Part shown: piece after piece, positions 1 through 8,988 of the stretch
Numbering within the stretch: position 1 is the first letter of the stretch
Layout of the letters: each line of letters begins with the position of its first letter
Source of the DNA: an uncultured bacterium
GTDB lineage: Bacteria; Poribacteria; WGA-4E; DTYX01; CAZRLY01
NCBI GenBank assembly: GCA_964601015.1
Contig: CAZRLY010000001.1
Span: 1 to 62,809 of the forward strand
Direction of reading: 5' to 3'
Length of the DNA: 62,809 nt
Program-made: the position numbers and the translations under genes
Notes under the pieces: generated by a model
The model's database searches: none
Told to the model about the DNA's origin: nothing
What the model saw: only the letters and a program-made list of their open reading frames with translations

Positions 1-64
1 ACGTTATCCGAACTCTTCAGTCAAAACTGTATCACTATTTTCTGGAAACAGCATAGCTGTAGAA

Positions 65-1672
65 TCAGCCAGCACAATCGAATAGAGATAATTGTTTACC
101 CACGGTGTTGGATAAGTCTGGCAAAATGTCCAAAATACTATCAGCCGGAGCGTTCGTCAGTTCCTTGGGTTCAATTTTGTGTAGCCCTCCTCCGTAGATT
201 CTGCCCTCGCCCATCAATATATCTGGTGAAATTTCATTTAGAGCGTACCAAACAGTTTTTAGTAGTTCTGGGTTGTCTTTGAGTTCTTTCGCCAACGCAT
301 GCTTTGGATACAACATCAAATATACGTTCGGCGCTGTAGCCTTAGAACGATTGAGGATAAAACGGAATGGTTTTCTATTCCCTTGTGTTTGGCGTCCCAT
401 GTAAGGACAAAGAAAAGGTGATGGCGGGCGATGTTCTTGAGAGTACCAGGGGGAGCGATGTCTGCACAAATAACGTTCGTTGATGCCTCCCTGTTCTCCA
501 ATCTGCAGGTATGCCCATAACGACGGATACCTTGCTCTTACGACATTTTCCGGCAAATCGCAGGCTAATAAAAAGAGTTGCGGATTCAAGATGGGATTTC
601 CGTTGTCGTCAGCCTCAATCTCATTTGCCGTCAAGTATCTGGGACTGGGCAGAATTGGCACTAAGAACTCACCGGGAAGTCTGTATGTTGATATTTGTTC
701 TGCTGTAAGAATAAAGAATTTGTTTGCTCCTGTGGCTATTCCACGTTTTATATTGAACAGAGCCGATAATTTGGCTTTTTGCCCAGCATCGGGGAACCCA
801 CTGGATGTTTTGGAAAATTTAGTCCATTTGACTTCTTGACGTAGTTCGTTTGTTGGTATTCGCTCAGATACCTCTGGCTTTGTCAGTGTGCCGCCGTAAC
901 TAAATTCAACCTGGTAGCCGACTGGCGGTTTTTCCTTTCTGAACCAAACCACAGCGGAAGATACAAGCGCGTCGGCAAATTGTACCTCGTCTGGATTGAA
1001 ACGATGAACGCGCAACAACGTGACATGCTCCAGCAAATACTGCTTAACCTGTTTGCCATAGTTCACATCCATGAACTCACCCGGAATCAACCAGCCTGCC
1101 AAACCGCCGCTTGCCATCCATTCGTGCGATGCTAAGAGAAAATAACAATACAGTCCAGACAAACCGTTCAGTTTTATGCCGATTACCCGCCTGGTGAGAC
1201 TTTGCAGCCTTGATTTCTCCTCAACGGACAGGTGATGGTGTCGGACATAAGGTGGGTTACAGATAAGCAAATTGGCTTTACTTTCGTCCGACGCTGGCGG
1301 CGTTGCTTTTGTAAAGTCCGTTATATTTAGCGTTAGTGGTGTATTAGCCCAGAGCTTTACTGTTCCTTTCCCATAGTGCGGGTCAATTTCATATCCCCGT
1401 GTTCTAGCGATTCGTGACGGAGGAAACACCCGCAACAGAGCAGAATAGAACGCGCCAGTGCCGAAGGCCGGGTCAAGAAAACGAATCTGCTGGGATGTAG
1501 GTAATAGCGTCTTAGCATATTCCAAAATATCCGTAGCTAATACAGTTGGCGTAGCAAACTGTCCAAGTTTGTTCCGCTCGGCTTGTGTTTTCAAAGAGTC
1601 CAGTTGATGTTGAACTTCCAGTCGCCGCCGCTCAATGATGTCAATTAAGTTATTTTCATTGATTATCGACAT
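65..1672 (-). CDS. Type II N6-adenine DNA methyltransferase (gamma-class, Eco57I/TaqI-like)
   Basis: 535-aa ORF. SAM motif I 'FLDPAFGTGAFY' lies upstream of catalytic motif IV 'CNPPYV'. The long C-terminal region is consistent with a target-recognition domain. A 3-nt gap separates it from the endonuclease-like gene. Confidence 0.85.
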   Translation of the reverse strand: MSIINENNLIDIIERRRLEVQHQLDSLKTQAERNKLGQFATPTVLATDILEYAKTLLPTSQQIRFLDPAFGTGAFYSALLRVFPPSRIARTRGYEIDPHYGKGTVKLWANTPLTLNITDFTKATPPASDESKANLLICNPPYVRHHHLSVEEKSRLQSLTRRVIGIKLNGLSGLYCYFLLASHEWMASGGLAGWLIPGEFMDVNYGKQVKQYLLEHVTLLRVHRFNPDEVQFADALVSSAVVWFRKEKPPVGYQVEFSYGGTLTKPEVSERIPTNELRQEVKWTKFSKTSSGFPDAGQKAKLSALFNIKRGIATGANKFFILTAEQISTYRLPGEFLVPILPSPRYLTANEIEADDNGNPILNPQLFLLACDLPENVVRARYPSLWAYLQIGEQGGINERYLCRHRSPWYSQEHRPPSPFLCPYMGRQTQGNRKPFRFILNRSKATAPNVYLMLYPKHALAKELKDNPELLKTVWYALNEISPDILMGEGRIYGGGLHKIEPKELTNAPADSILDILPDLSNTVGKQLSLFDCAG

Positions 1673-1675
1673 AAT

Positions 1676-2638
1676 CTACACTCCAAATTCTACTAAGTCT
1701 TCTATGCGGTGTTCCCATACCCAATCAATACCTTCGGTAGCCTCATAGCCTAAGTAGCCGCTGTCGAAGTAACCGCAAAGAAACAAAATAAATCGCACGT
1801 TATCACCGTAGGTGCTTCGCAACTGAGCGACTTTGGCCGCTTCTTCCTTCCGCCTTTTGTTGGTGTTGGTGAAATCGCCTGCCGACTTTGCCTCAATCAA
1901 TAATGGAAAGTCACCCGGCTTGGATTGAATGGGCATAACAACCACGTCAACCGGAATATTGACCAGTTTGACTCGTGCCCTTTGCTTCACAGGAACGTTG
2001 AGTCGGAATGCAAAGGCACCGGGTTCCAGTTCGTCGAATTTAACCCCACCACCTGCTTCGACGAAAACATAGCCTCGTTTTTTTAGCCACTTTCTGATGG
2101 ATGCAAGCTGTCTTTGCTCTTGGGCATTGCGAATAATCGGGTTTGCAATTGCACTGCACAATCGGTCAGCGACGATTGTTGCCGCACGGTGAACATCTTT
2201 CTGGTTTGGCTTCCTGTCAGTATCAAACCACGGGAATATATCCTCATCGACTAAACGCTTGATTATTTGACCAATTTTCTGAAGTTCATCATCAACCCTC
2301 GTCTTTTCCATCCGCGGTGGGATGCGCTGGTCAATTTCCATACTTTTGACAAGATTAGGGGATACGCCAGCTAACCCACCAAGACGTTCGCGGGCTATCG
2401 GTGGCGCTGTTGCCATGCGGAGTATAGGCAGCACAGATGGCTTTTGCTTTAGTACATCTGGTGCGATATTAGTCAGGTTATCTGTCCATTCTAAAGCGGA
2501 CATTACCTGTTTTGTTGTCCCAAGGCGAGTCTCACGATACGTTTTTGGTGCAAAGCGCATGAACCAATCGTTGTAAAAATCTACTGACTGAGCAATATCT
2601 GATTTCCACCGTTCTGGTTTGTTCGAGTTGACTGGCAT
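1676..2638 (-). CDS. Putative type II restriction endonuclease, PD-(D/E)xK-like (possibly XamI/SalI-like, unverified)
   Basis: Sits directly upstream of the methyltransferase on the same strand. The 'PVDVVVM...LLIEAKSAGD' segment fits a D...(E)xK nuclease core. Start trimmed to the ATG at 2638 (MPVNSNK), which avoids overlap with the HAD gene stop at 2640. Confidence 0.55.
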   Translation of the reverse strand: MPVNSNKPERWKSDIAQSVDFYNDWFMRFAPKTYRETRLGTTKQVMSALEWTDNLTNIAPDVLKQKPSVLPILRMATAPPIARERLGGLAGVSPNLVKSMEIDQRIPPRMEKTRVDDELQKIGQIIKRLVDEDIFPWFDTDRKPNQKDVHRAATIVADRLCSAIANPIIRNAQEQRQLASIRKWLKKRGYVFVEAGGGVKFDELEPGAFAFRLNVPVKQRARVKLVNIPVDVVVMPIQSKPGDFPLLIEAKSAGDFTNTNKRRKEEAAKVAQLRSTYGDNVRFILFLCGYFDSGYLGYEATEGIDWVWEHRIEDLVEFGV

Positions 2639-2639
2639 G

Positions 2640-3476
2640 TTATAATCCTTGCTCATTGAATAAATATTCAATCACTTTATCACTCTCACCAAAATCGGGT
2701 ATGATGATGTCAGCGCCAGCGTTAATGAGTCTTTGTCTTTTATCAGCGTTCATGTTGAATATGTTGTTTTCCACTGATGCGACGCCGAGTGCTATAGCTC
2801 CTACCGCTTTTGCGTTCTGGATTTCGACATATCCATCCCCTACGATGAGCAATTGGTCGCCGCCCAGATTAAAGTCGCTCAGGATGCCTTTTATCACCAT
2901 CTCCTTGGAAAACCTTTTGTATTCCTTGAGTGCGCCGAATATGCCGCCCTTGAGGTACGGGGTTATTCCCAAAATGTCGGCTTCGTGCTTGACAAATTCG
3001 ATATCAGTGCCGCTCGCCAAATACAACGTAACCCCCCTGTCACATAACTCCTTCAAAAACTCCAGAGAACCACGCAGTCGAAAATCTTTTGCTTCGAGTT
3101 CCCCGCTATCCAATTTTGCAATCCGCCCATTGACTATCGGCAGCAACCTGTCGTTATACATCTGCTTGTACGCAAGAGGTTCCAGTGGCTTTCCTCCACG
3201 TTGTTTAACCTGTTCGCTGAATTCTATCATCTGGTAGATGGTTTGCTTTCCCGTCAATCGGTCGACGTATTCCACGACTATCTCTTCAAGTTTTTCTTTG
3301 CTCTCGCCAGTTGGCGTCTCCATCAAGAGTTCCACCATCATCGGCACCATCACATTCTGCCATCCATCTCGAATTACAGAAATAGTCCCGTCAAAATCAA
3401 GTACAGCATGTTTAATGTCGCCTGCATGTACTTCGTTGATAATCTCTATTTTTGTCTCTTGTAAGTAGTAACTCAC
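2640..3476 (-). CDS. HAD-superfamily hydrolase/phosphatase
   Basis: Motif I 'VLDFDGTISV' (DxDGT) and C-terminal 'VGDGYVE' (motif IV-like). GTG start preceded by GGAGG. Confidence 0.75.
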   Translation of the reverse strand: MSYYLQETKIEIINEVHAGDIKHAVLDFDGTISVIRDGWQNVMVPMMVELLMETPTGESKEKLEEIVVEYVDRLTGKQTIYQMIEFSEQVKQRGGKPLEPLAYKQMYNDRLLPIVNGRIAKLDSGELEAKDFRLRGSLEFLKELCDRGVTLYLASGTDIEFVKHEADILGITPYLKGGIFGALKEYKRFSKEMVIKGILSDFNLGGDQLLIVGDGYVEIQNAKAVGAIALGVASVENNIFNMNADKRQRLINAGADIIIPDFGESDKVIEYLFNEQGL

Positions 3477-3534
3477 TAAATTGACCTCCTGAGAATTTTC
3501 GTGCTATTTTAACATAACCATTAATGCTTGTCAA

Positions 3535-3622
3535 GTCAGAAATTCCCCATTTGTAAGTCGCAAACTAAAACAGTTTGCGTTACAGCGCCGAACTACTTTA
3601 AATACTAACGTGGGGAATTTCT
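3535..3622. repeat. 88-nt inverted-repeat element in a divergent intergenic region
   Basis: AGAAATTCCCCA (3539-3550) is the reverse complement of TGGGGAATTTCT (3611-3622). An inner hairpin CGCAAACT-AAAAC-AGTTTGCG lies at 3559-3579. The 16-mer GTCAGAAATTCCCCAT recurs inverted at 41905-41920. Confidence 0.5.
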
Positions 3623-3633
3623 AAATTCGCCAC

Positions 3634-3663
3634 TTGTATTCTGGGCAGCCTTCGTGGTATAAT
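3634..3663 (+). promoter_or_regulatory. Candidate sigma70-type promoter for the IMPase-family gene
   Basis: TTGTAT (3634-3639), 18-nt spacer, perfect TATAAT (3658-3663), about 30 nt upstream of the ATG at 3694. Confidence 0.35.
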
Positions 3664-3693
3664 AATGTATCAATCTTAATGATGAGGATATCT

Positions 3694-4455
3694 ATGAAAC
3701 AACTATTGGACTTTGCAATCGCATCCGCTAAGAAGGCGGGTGATATTACGTTGGAATATTTTGGGCATCGCCCGAAAGTGGAATTGAAGGCTGACCAAAC
3801 GCCTGTGACGATAGCAGACAAAACTTGCGAAGAGAGTATCATCAACAACATACAAAAACACCATCCCGATGATGCCATTTTGGGTGAGGAGTCGGGCGAG
3901 ATTGCTGGTAAATCTGAATTCAAGTGGATAATTGACCCGATTGATGGTACGAAGAGTTTTATCCGCGGCATCCCAATGTATGCTACGCTCATCGGACTTG
4001 AAAAGGCTGGAGAATGTGTGTTGGGCGTGGTTTACGCGCCGGCGATGAATGAAGTGGTTTATGCGACAAAAGGCGGGGGATGTTTTGCCAATGGAGAGCG
4101 GATTTTTGTTTCAGAGGTTGACAAACTCAATGAGTCACTGATGTTGTACGGTGGTTTCAACATATTTGACAAGCGCGGCATGCTAAAATTATTTATGGAA
4201 TTGGCGCGTCAAACGCAGATACAAAGAGGGTACGCAGACTATTTCGGACATATCCTGCTTGCGAAAGGCTGTGCAGAACTGATGGTTGAACCGGAAATAG
4301 CTCCCTGGGACATAGCCGCCATCAAGGTAATCGTTGAGGAAGCGGGCGGCCTTCTTACCGATTTTGACGGAAATCCTACGATATATTCAGATACAGCCAT
4401 AGCGTCTAATGGCAGGATACACGATGAAGTGTTGGAAATCATAAGGGCTAAGTAA
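3694..4455 (+). CDS. Inositol monophosphatase family protein (IMPase/HisN-like)
   Basis: 'WIIDPIDGTKSF' and 'EESG' metal-binding motifs. Start trimmed to MKQLLDF, which has GAGGA upstream. Confidence 0.8.
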   Translation: MKQLLDFAIASAKKAGDITLEYFGHRPKVELKADQTPVTIADKTCEESIINNIQKHHPDDAILGEESGEIAGKSEFKWIIDPIDGTKSFIRGIPMYATLIGLEKAGECVLGVVYAPAMNEVVYATKGGGCFANGERIFVSEVDKLNESLMLYGGFNIFDKRGMLKLFMELARQTQIQRGYADYFGHILLAKGCAELMVEPEIAPWDIAAIKVIVEEAGGLLTDFDGNPTIYSDTAIASNGRIHDEVLEIIRAK

Positions 4456-4571
4456 TTTTCCCTAAGAGCGTGTGTCAGAGGACTTCTCACACAGCCTCGA
4501 AGTTTTATAAACTTTTGAAGTAACAAGTAATATGCGAACAAATTACTCTTTACTTATTATCTTTACTACTG

Positions 4572-6170
4572 ATGAATATGAAAATTTTAGTAGCTGATAA
4601 AATCTTAGATGAAGGCATTAGCATTCTGAAAAACGAACCTGGGATAGAAATTGACGTGAATACCAACTTGACAAAGGATGAACTCATACGAATTATTCCA
4701 GATTACGATGCTATTATTGTCAGAAGCAGAACGAAGGTTGACGAGCAATTAATCGAACAAGCAAAGCGATTAAAGCTCATTGGCAGGGCAGGAAGCGGGT
4801 TGGACAACGTGGATATTGATTGCGCCACAAGGAAGGGAATAGCTGTCATGAACGCTCCACTTGGCAACACGTTGGCTGTTGCGGAGTACACAATAGCTCT
4901 GTTGCTAAGTTTGTGTAGACATCTTCCGTTGGCGCATACCTCCCTGAAGAATTGCGAGTGGAATCGCGGCAGGTTTATGGGGATACAAATTCATGGTAAG
5001 ACGATAGGGATACTTGGATTCGGGCGGATAGGAAAAGAGGTAGCTACAAAATGCAAGGCCTTTGGGATGCAAGTGATAGCGTTTGACCCATTTATAAACA
5101 TGGAACAGGCGGAGAAATTAGGCGTGGAGTTGGTTGATTTTGACAGGTTGTTGGAGGAGTCCGATTTCATCAGCATCCACGCGCCTTTGACTGCCCAAAC
5201 AAGAAACCTTATCTCGTCAGAAGAGGTAAAAAAAATGAAGGACGGAGTGCGGATTATTAACTGCGCCAGAGGTGGGATATGTGACGAGGAGGTATTATAC
5301 GAAACGTTGATATCGGGCAAAATAGCAGGGGCGGCGATAGATGTTTTTGAGAAAGAACCACCCGTCGATAGCAAACTCCTGGAACTTGACAATGTTATAG
5401 TTACGCCACACATAGGCGCGCATACACAAGAAGCGCAAAAGGATGTGTCAGTGCAAATAGCCAAACAAGTAATTGACGCTTTGAAGGGCAGGGGCTTCGA
5501 TAACGTCGTCAATATCCCGATAATGGGGGAAGAATACAAAAACGCTAAATCCTTCCTTGAACTGGCAGAGAAAATAGGTGCGTTACATATTCAACTAACC
5601 GATGGCAGACTAAAAGAGGTATCTGTGGAATGTATGGGGGACGCCTCTGAACTGACAAAACCACTGGCGATTGCTGCTCTGAAAGGTATACTACAACCTG
5701 TATTGAACGAAACAGTCAATTACGTCAATGCCCTGTACATAGCGAATGAACGCGGCATCAGAGTCCTACAGAGCCAGAACGCTGACGCGAGAAACTATGC
5801 GAATCTGATTGAAGTTACGACGCGAACAGAGGAAGGTACAAAAGTAATAGCCGGAACTCTGTTCAACCATAACCACCTACGCATTGTGAAAATTGATGAC
5901 TTCCGCATAGATGCCAACCCTTCAGGCGTTTTGCTGATATTATCGAACATGGACATCCCCGGTGTGGTGGGGAAAATTGGGACATTACTGGGAAATAATA
6001 GTATCAACATCGCAGAATGGCGTCTTGGAAGGAAAGAAAAGGGAAACGAAGCTCTGTCTGTTATTAATCTTGACAGCAAGACACCGATGAACGTTATGAA
6101 AGAATTGAAATCGTTCAGGGAAGTAATAGATGTTAAACAGGTAATATTGCCTGCGAATTTTTGTCGTTAG
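4572..6170 (+). CDS. serA: D-3-phosphoglycerate dehydrogenase, long form with C-terminal ACT domain
   Basis: NAD-binding motif 'GILGFGRIGKEVA', catalytic 'CARG...D' and 'TPHIGA' motifs, and a ~530-aa length with a C-terminal regulatory region. Confidence 0.9.
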   Translation: MNMKILVADKILDEGISILKNEPGIEIDVNTNLTKDELIRIIPDYDAIIVRSRTKVDEQLIEQAKRLKLIGRAGSGLDNVDIDCATRKGIAVMNAPLGNTLAVAEYTIALLLSLCRHLPLAHTSLKNCEWNRGRFMGIQIHGKTIGILGFGRIGKEVATKCKAFGMQVIAFDPFINMEQAEKLGVELVDFDRLLEESDFISIHAPLTAQTRNLISSEEVKKMKDGVRIINCARGGICDEEVLYETLISGKIAGAAIDVFEKEPPVDSKLLELDNVIVTPHIGAHTQEAQKDVSVQIAKQVIDALKGRGFDNVVNIPIMGEEYKNAKSFLELAEKIGALHIQLTDGRLKEVSVECMGDASELTKPLAIAALKGILQPVLNETVNYVNALYIANERGIRVLQSQNADARNYANLIEVTTRTEEGTKVIAGTLFNHNHLRIVKIDDFRIDANPSGVLLILSNMDIPGVVGKIGTLLGNNSINIAEWRLGRKEKGNEALSVINLDSKTPMNVMKELKSFREVIDVKQVILPANFCR

Positions 6171-6340
6171 TGCATCCAAAATTGTGTTATGGAGGAAAAG
6201 TGAATAGTAGAGAGTAAAAAGTAAGCGACTATCCACTAAAGTTACTCTTTACTACCGGGCGTTAGTTGGGAATAAGCAAGTTTTAGAAATAATCTTACAC
6301 TTTTTATTCTTTTTGAGAACTTACTTAGCAGGAGTTAAAA

Positions 6341-7102
6341 TTGGCAAAAAAACGCAAAAAAGGGCAAAAGAGGAAAAACATCTATCAGAGACGTTTTGAC
6401 GACTCAGATTTAGCTTGGTTAGCAGGAAAATTTGAAGAAGACAAAAAGCTTAACCCGGATTTAACTATAGAAGAGTTTGCCATGCGCTATGGTATACAGG
6501 CAAAATTGATAAGCCGTTTCATTATCAAACCACACGGAGTAGGCAAGCATACCGTCAGCGTCTGGCATGGAACTACCGCAGACAGGGTAAAGGCAATCAT
6601 GGAAGAGGGGTTTAAAGGAAGCACACGAAAGAAGCTCTGGTTTACCATGAAACCCTTTGAGGCCAAATCTATCGCCAAGTGGAGAGCACTACAGCGCAAC
6701 GAGGAGCCGGCGGTACTCCGTTGCGAAATCAATTTAGCAAAATATTCGCAGTTTGATAGGCCGAAACCTAACCATTATGCCTTCAAACACTCCCATATCT
6801 CCAAAGAGGTTATCAGTAGTGTATCGGGGGTGAAGAGGGATAAGGTTAAACGCCCAAAGGAGAAAAAAAGCCAGCAAGAGATGGCAAATGTGATAATTAC
6901 AAAAGTATCAGGAAAATTGGGCGTTCTGTATTGGATTAATAGTTATCTGAAGTTGAAGGGTGAGGATGCTGTGAGCGAAGAACACCCCGCTGTTGAAGCT
7001 ATTCATAAGTGGGTGGAGACTCAATACGCGGAAGGTAGAGATGAACCGATTTTCGATGAGGAGATGTTGTTGCAGGTTATGAAACACCTTCCCTTGTCGT
7101 AG
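6341..7102 (+). CDS. Hypothetical protein with PARP/Tpt1-like (ADP-ribosyltransferase-fold) signature, copy 1
   Basis: TTG start after AGGAG. Lys-rich N-terminus MAKKRKKGQKRK. 'VSVWHGTTADRVKAIMEEGF' resembles the beta1-alpha1 NAD-binding start of PARPs (LWHGS...I...G) and Tpt1/KptA (YHGT...I...G), followed by 'LWFTMKPFEAKSIA'. Paralog at 25801-26460. Confidence 0.5.
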   Translation: MAKKRKKGQKRKNIYQRRFDDSDLAWLAGKFEEDKKLNPDLTIEEFAMRYGIQAKLISRFIIKPHGVGKHTVSVWHGTTADRVKAIMEEGFKGSTRKKLWFTMKPFEAKSIAKWRALQRNEEPAVLRCEINLAKYSQFDRPKPNHYAFKHSHISKEVISSVSGVKRDKVKRPKEKKSQQEMANVIITKVSGKLGVLYWINSYLKLKGEDAVSEEHPAVEAIHKWVETQYAEGRDEPIFDEEMLLQVMKHLPLS

Positions 7103-7158
7103 CGGCTGCTCTCTGTCCCAGCCTGTTGCCTAATTAACAATGAAAGGACCAAAAAAAT

Positions 7159-8148
7159 ATGAACGAAGGTATTGTAATCACGGCGCGCAAACCCACCTAC
7201 GATGTCAAATGCGGTGACAAGTTAGTTCGTTGCGTGTTGCGCCCTAAAATTAGGGAAGCAGATGAGAGATTACGAGCGGAAACGAAGGAAATGCGCTTGG
7301 CTGATTTAGTATCCGTCGGAGACAGGGTGGTTATCAACACACCTGATGGCATCGCGGGGCACATTGAGGAAATTTTACCACGAAAAAGTCAGTTCGGACG
7401 TACTCGCATTGGCAAACTTCCGCAGATAATAGCGGCTAATCTTGACGCACTCTTAATCATCTTCGCTACTAAAAATCCCCCGCTGAATTTGCGCATGTTG
7501 GACAGATTTTTGGTTACATCCGAAGCTGCCGGTATGGATTCTGTCATCTGCATCAACAAAATGGATTTGGCAAAACCGCAAAAGATAAAATCCCAGATGA
7601 ACGTCTATGAAGATTTTTACCCTGTTATCTATGCCAGCGCGGTGACAGGAGATGGAATTGATGAATTACGCGATGCTATGAAAGATAAAATCTCCGCAGT
7701 AGCGGGCCCGTCTGGCGCTGGCAAGTCCACCCTGTTAAACGCCGTTCAGCCGGGACTTAAACTTAAAATTGGCGATGTGAGCGAAAAAACTCAAAAGGGA
7801 AGACACACAACAACGGACGTGGAATTACTGTCGCTGGATTTTGGAGGATTCGTAGCGGATACGCCTGGTATCAGAGCATTAGGACTTTTTGAAATCCCGC
7901 TCGAATATCTGGACAGCTTTTTCCCTGAAATGCGCGAATACCTTGTCAAATGCAAATTCCCCAGTTGTTCGCATACACATGAACCCGATTGTTCAGTCAA
8001 AGAAGCTGTCGAAGCCGGTAAGATAAGCAAAAAACGCTATGACAGCTATCTGCGATTGTTGGGCGTCAAAGGGGGGCGATTTGAGCGAAGGACGAAAGGG
8101 CAAAAGCGTAAGACAAAAAGCGAAGAGCAAAAAGTTAAGGATTACTAA
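7159..8148 (+). CDS. rsgA: Ribosome small-subunit biogenesis GTPase RsgA/YjeQ
   Basis: Circularly permuted GTPase motifs NKMDL, GPSGAGKSTLLN and DTPG, plus the zinc knuckle 'CKFPSCSHTHEPDC'. Unusual Lys-rich C-terminal tail. Confidence 0.9.
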   Translation: MNEGIVITARKPTYDVKCGDKLVRCVLRPKIREADERLRAETKEMRLADLVSVGDRVVINTPDGIAGHIEEILPRKSQFGRTRIGKLPQIIAANLDALLIIFATKNPPLNLRMLDRFLVTSEAAGMDSVICINKMDLAKPQKIKSQMNVYEDFYPVIYASAVTGDGIDELRDAMKDKISAVAGPSGAGKSTLLNAVQPGLKLKIGDVSEKTQKGRHTTTDVELLSLDFGGFVADTPGIRALGLFEIPLEYLDSFFPEMREYLVKCKFPSCSHTHEPDCSVKEAVEAGKISKKRYDSYLRLLGVKGGRFERRTKGQKRKTKSEEQKVKDY

Positions 8149-8186
8149 AAGCTCTTTGCTCAAGAAATCAGGAGGAACACTACATC

Positions 8187-8948
8187 GTGCAAGAATATAA
8201 CGCACAACAAATCAAAGATTCATTGCTTAGAATTATCCAGAAAAATGAGCGCATGTTGGACAGATTTCAGGGCAGAATCATCCGGTCACAGTTTATAGAA
8301 CGCCCGAACCCTCGTTTAATCAGGACTGCGCAGGAGCATGTCCGATGGTATTCTGACCAGTTGTTAGTCCTCAGGGAAGAACTGCGCGATGTCGAAAGAA
8401 TGTTTGGAGGAACTGTTCAACTGCGCGAAGCGGAAGAAAGCGATATTCGCAAGATTTGGCAGTGGAGCAACAATATCGAAGTGCGAAAACTTTTACGCTG
8501 GCCGGCATATTCGCTACAAAAATGTACTGAGGATATCCATCGCTGGAAAGCCGATGAGGACTCATTTCCTTTTTCCATTGATAAACTCACTGGCGAACAT
8601 ATCGGTTTCTTAATTTTGAAGCGGCTTGGGCATCCGTGGGAAGAACGCACTGGGTGTTTGGATTTTATCATTATTGACAAGAATTATCGAGAATATGGCT
8701 ACGGAACCGAAGCAGTCAGAGCGGCTCTATCGTTCGCTTTTGATGAACTGGGCGTAAAGTTGCTTTATTTGTGGACGGCTGCGGATAATGGAGGTGCTAT
8801 CCGTTGTTTTGAAAAGTGCAGCTTTGAAGTTACCGATGTCGAAAACGACATAACCGCCGGCAATGGCGAGACTTATGATAAATACCAGATGACAGTGGAA
8901 AAAAACGAGCAGGTGGGTAAGGGAGCAGAGGAGCAGGGGAGCGGGTGA
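8187..8948 (+). CDS. GNAT-family N-acetyltransferase (RimJ/RimL-like) with ~85-aa N-terminal extension
   Basis: The GNAT core pattern 'FLILKRL...IIIDKNYREYGYGTEAVRAAL' contains the acetyl-CoA-binding-like Q/R-x-x-G-x-G/A segment. GTG start. The 3' end and stop lie inside an octamer-repeat tract. Confidence 0.7.
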   Translation: MQEYNAQQIKDSLLRIIQKNERMLDRFQGRIIRSQFIERPNPRLIRTAQEHVRWYSDQLLVLREELRDVERMFGGTVQLREAEESDIRKIWQWSNNIEVRKLLRWPAYSLQKCTEDIHRWKADEDSFPFSIDKLTGEHIGFLILKRLGHPWEERTGCLDFIIIDKNYREYGYGTEAVRAALSFAFDELGVKLLYLWTAADNGGAIRCFEKCSFEVTDVENDITAGNGETYDKYQMTVEKNEQVGKGAEEQGSG

Positions 8949-8965
8949 GCAGGTGGGCGGATGAG
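8907..8965. repeat. Octamer-type short tandem repeat tract (GGTGAGCR/GGAGCAGR family), copy 1
   Basis: GAGCAGGTGGG occurs twice (8907 and 8947), and GGAGCAGA/GGAGCAGG units lie between them. Related tracts are at 29789-29854 and 52802-52846. Confidence 0.7.
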
Positions 8966-8988
8966 AAAAAGCGAGGGGTAAATCTTAG

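Noticed and set aside
4481-4499. The word GACTT(C/T)TCACACA(GCCTC) occurs just after three stop codons (4481, 23147, 47440). It was considered as a dispersed terminator-associated repeat family.
   Set aside because: Matches of 13-16 nt with a mismatch are expected several times by chance in a 63-kb window on two strands. Only the 47393-47454 copy forms a long hairpin, and that one is reported on its own.
4543-4558. TTACTCTTTACT/AGTAAAGAGTAA words in three intergenic hairpin-like contexts (4546, 6200-6256, 28357-28389).
   Set aside because: They are low-complexity 12-mers of borderline statistical weight. They are mentioned only as part of the general short-repeat character of the intergenic DNA, not as a defined family.
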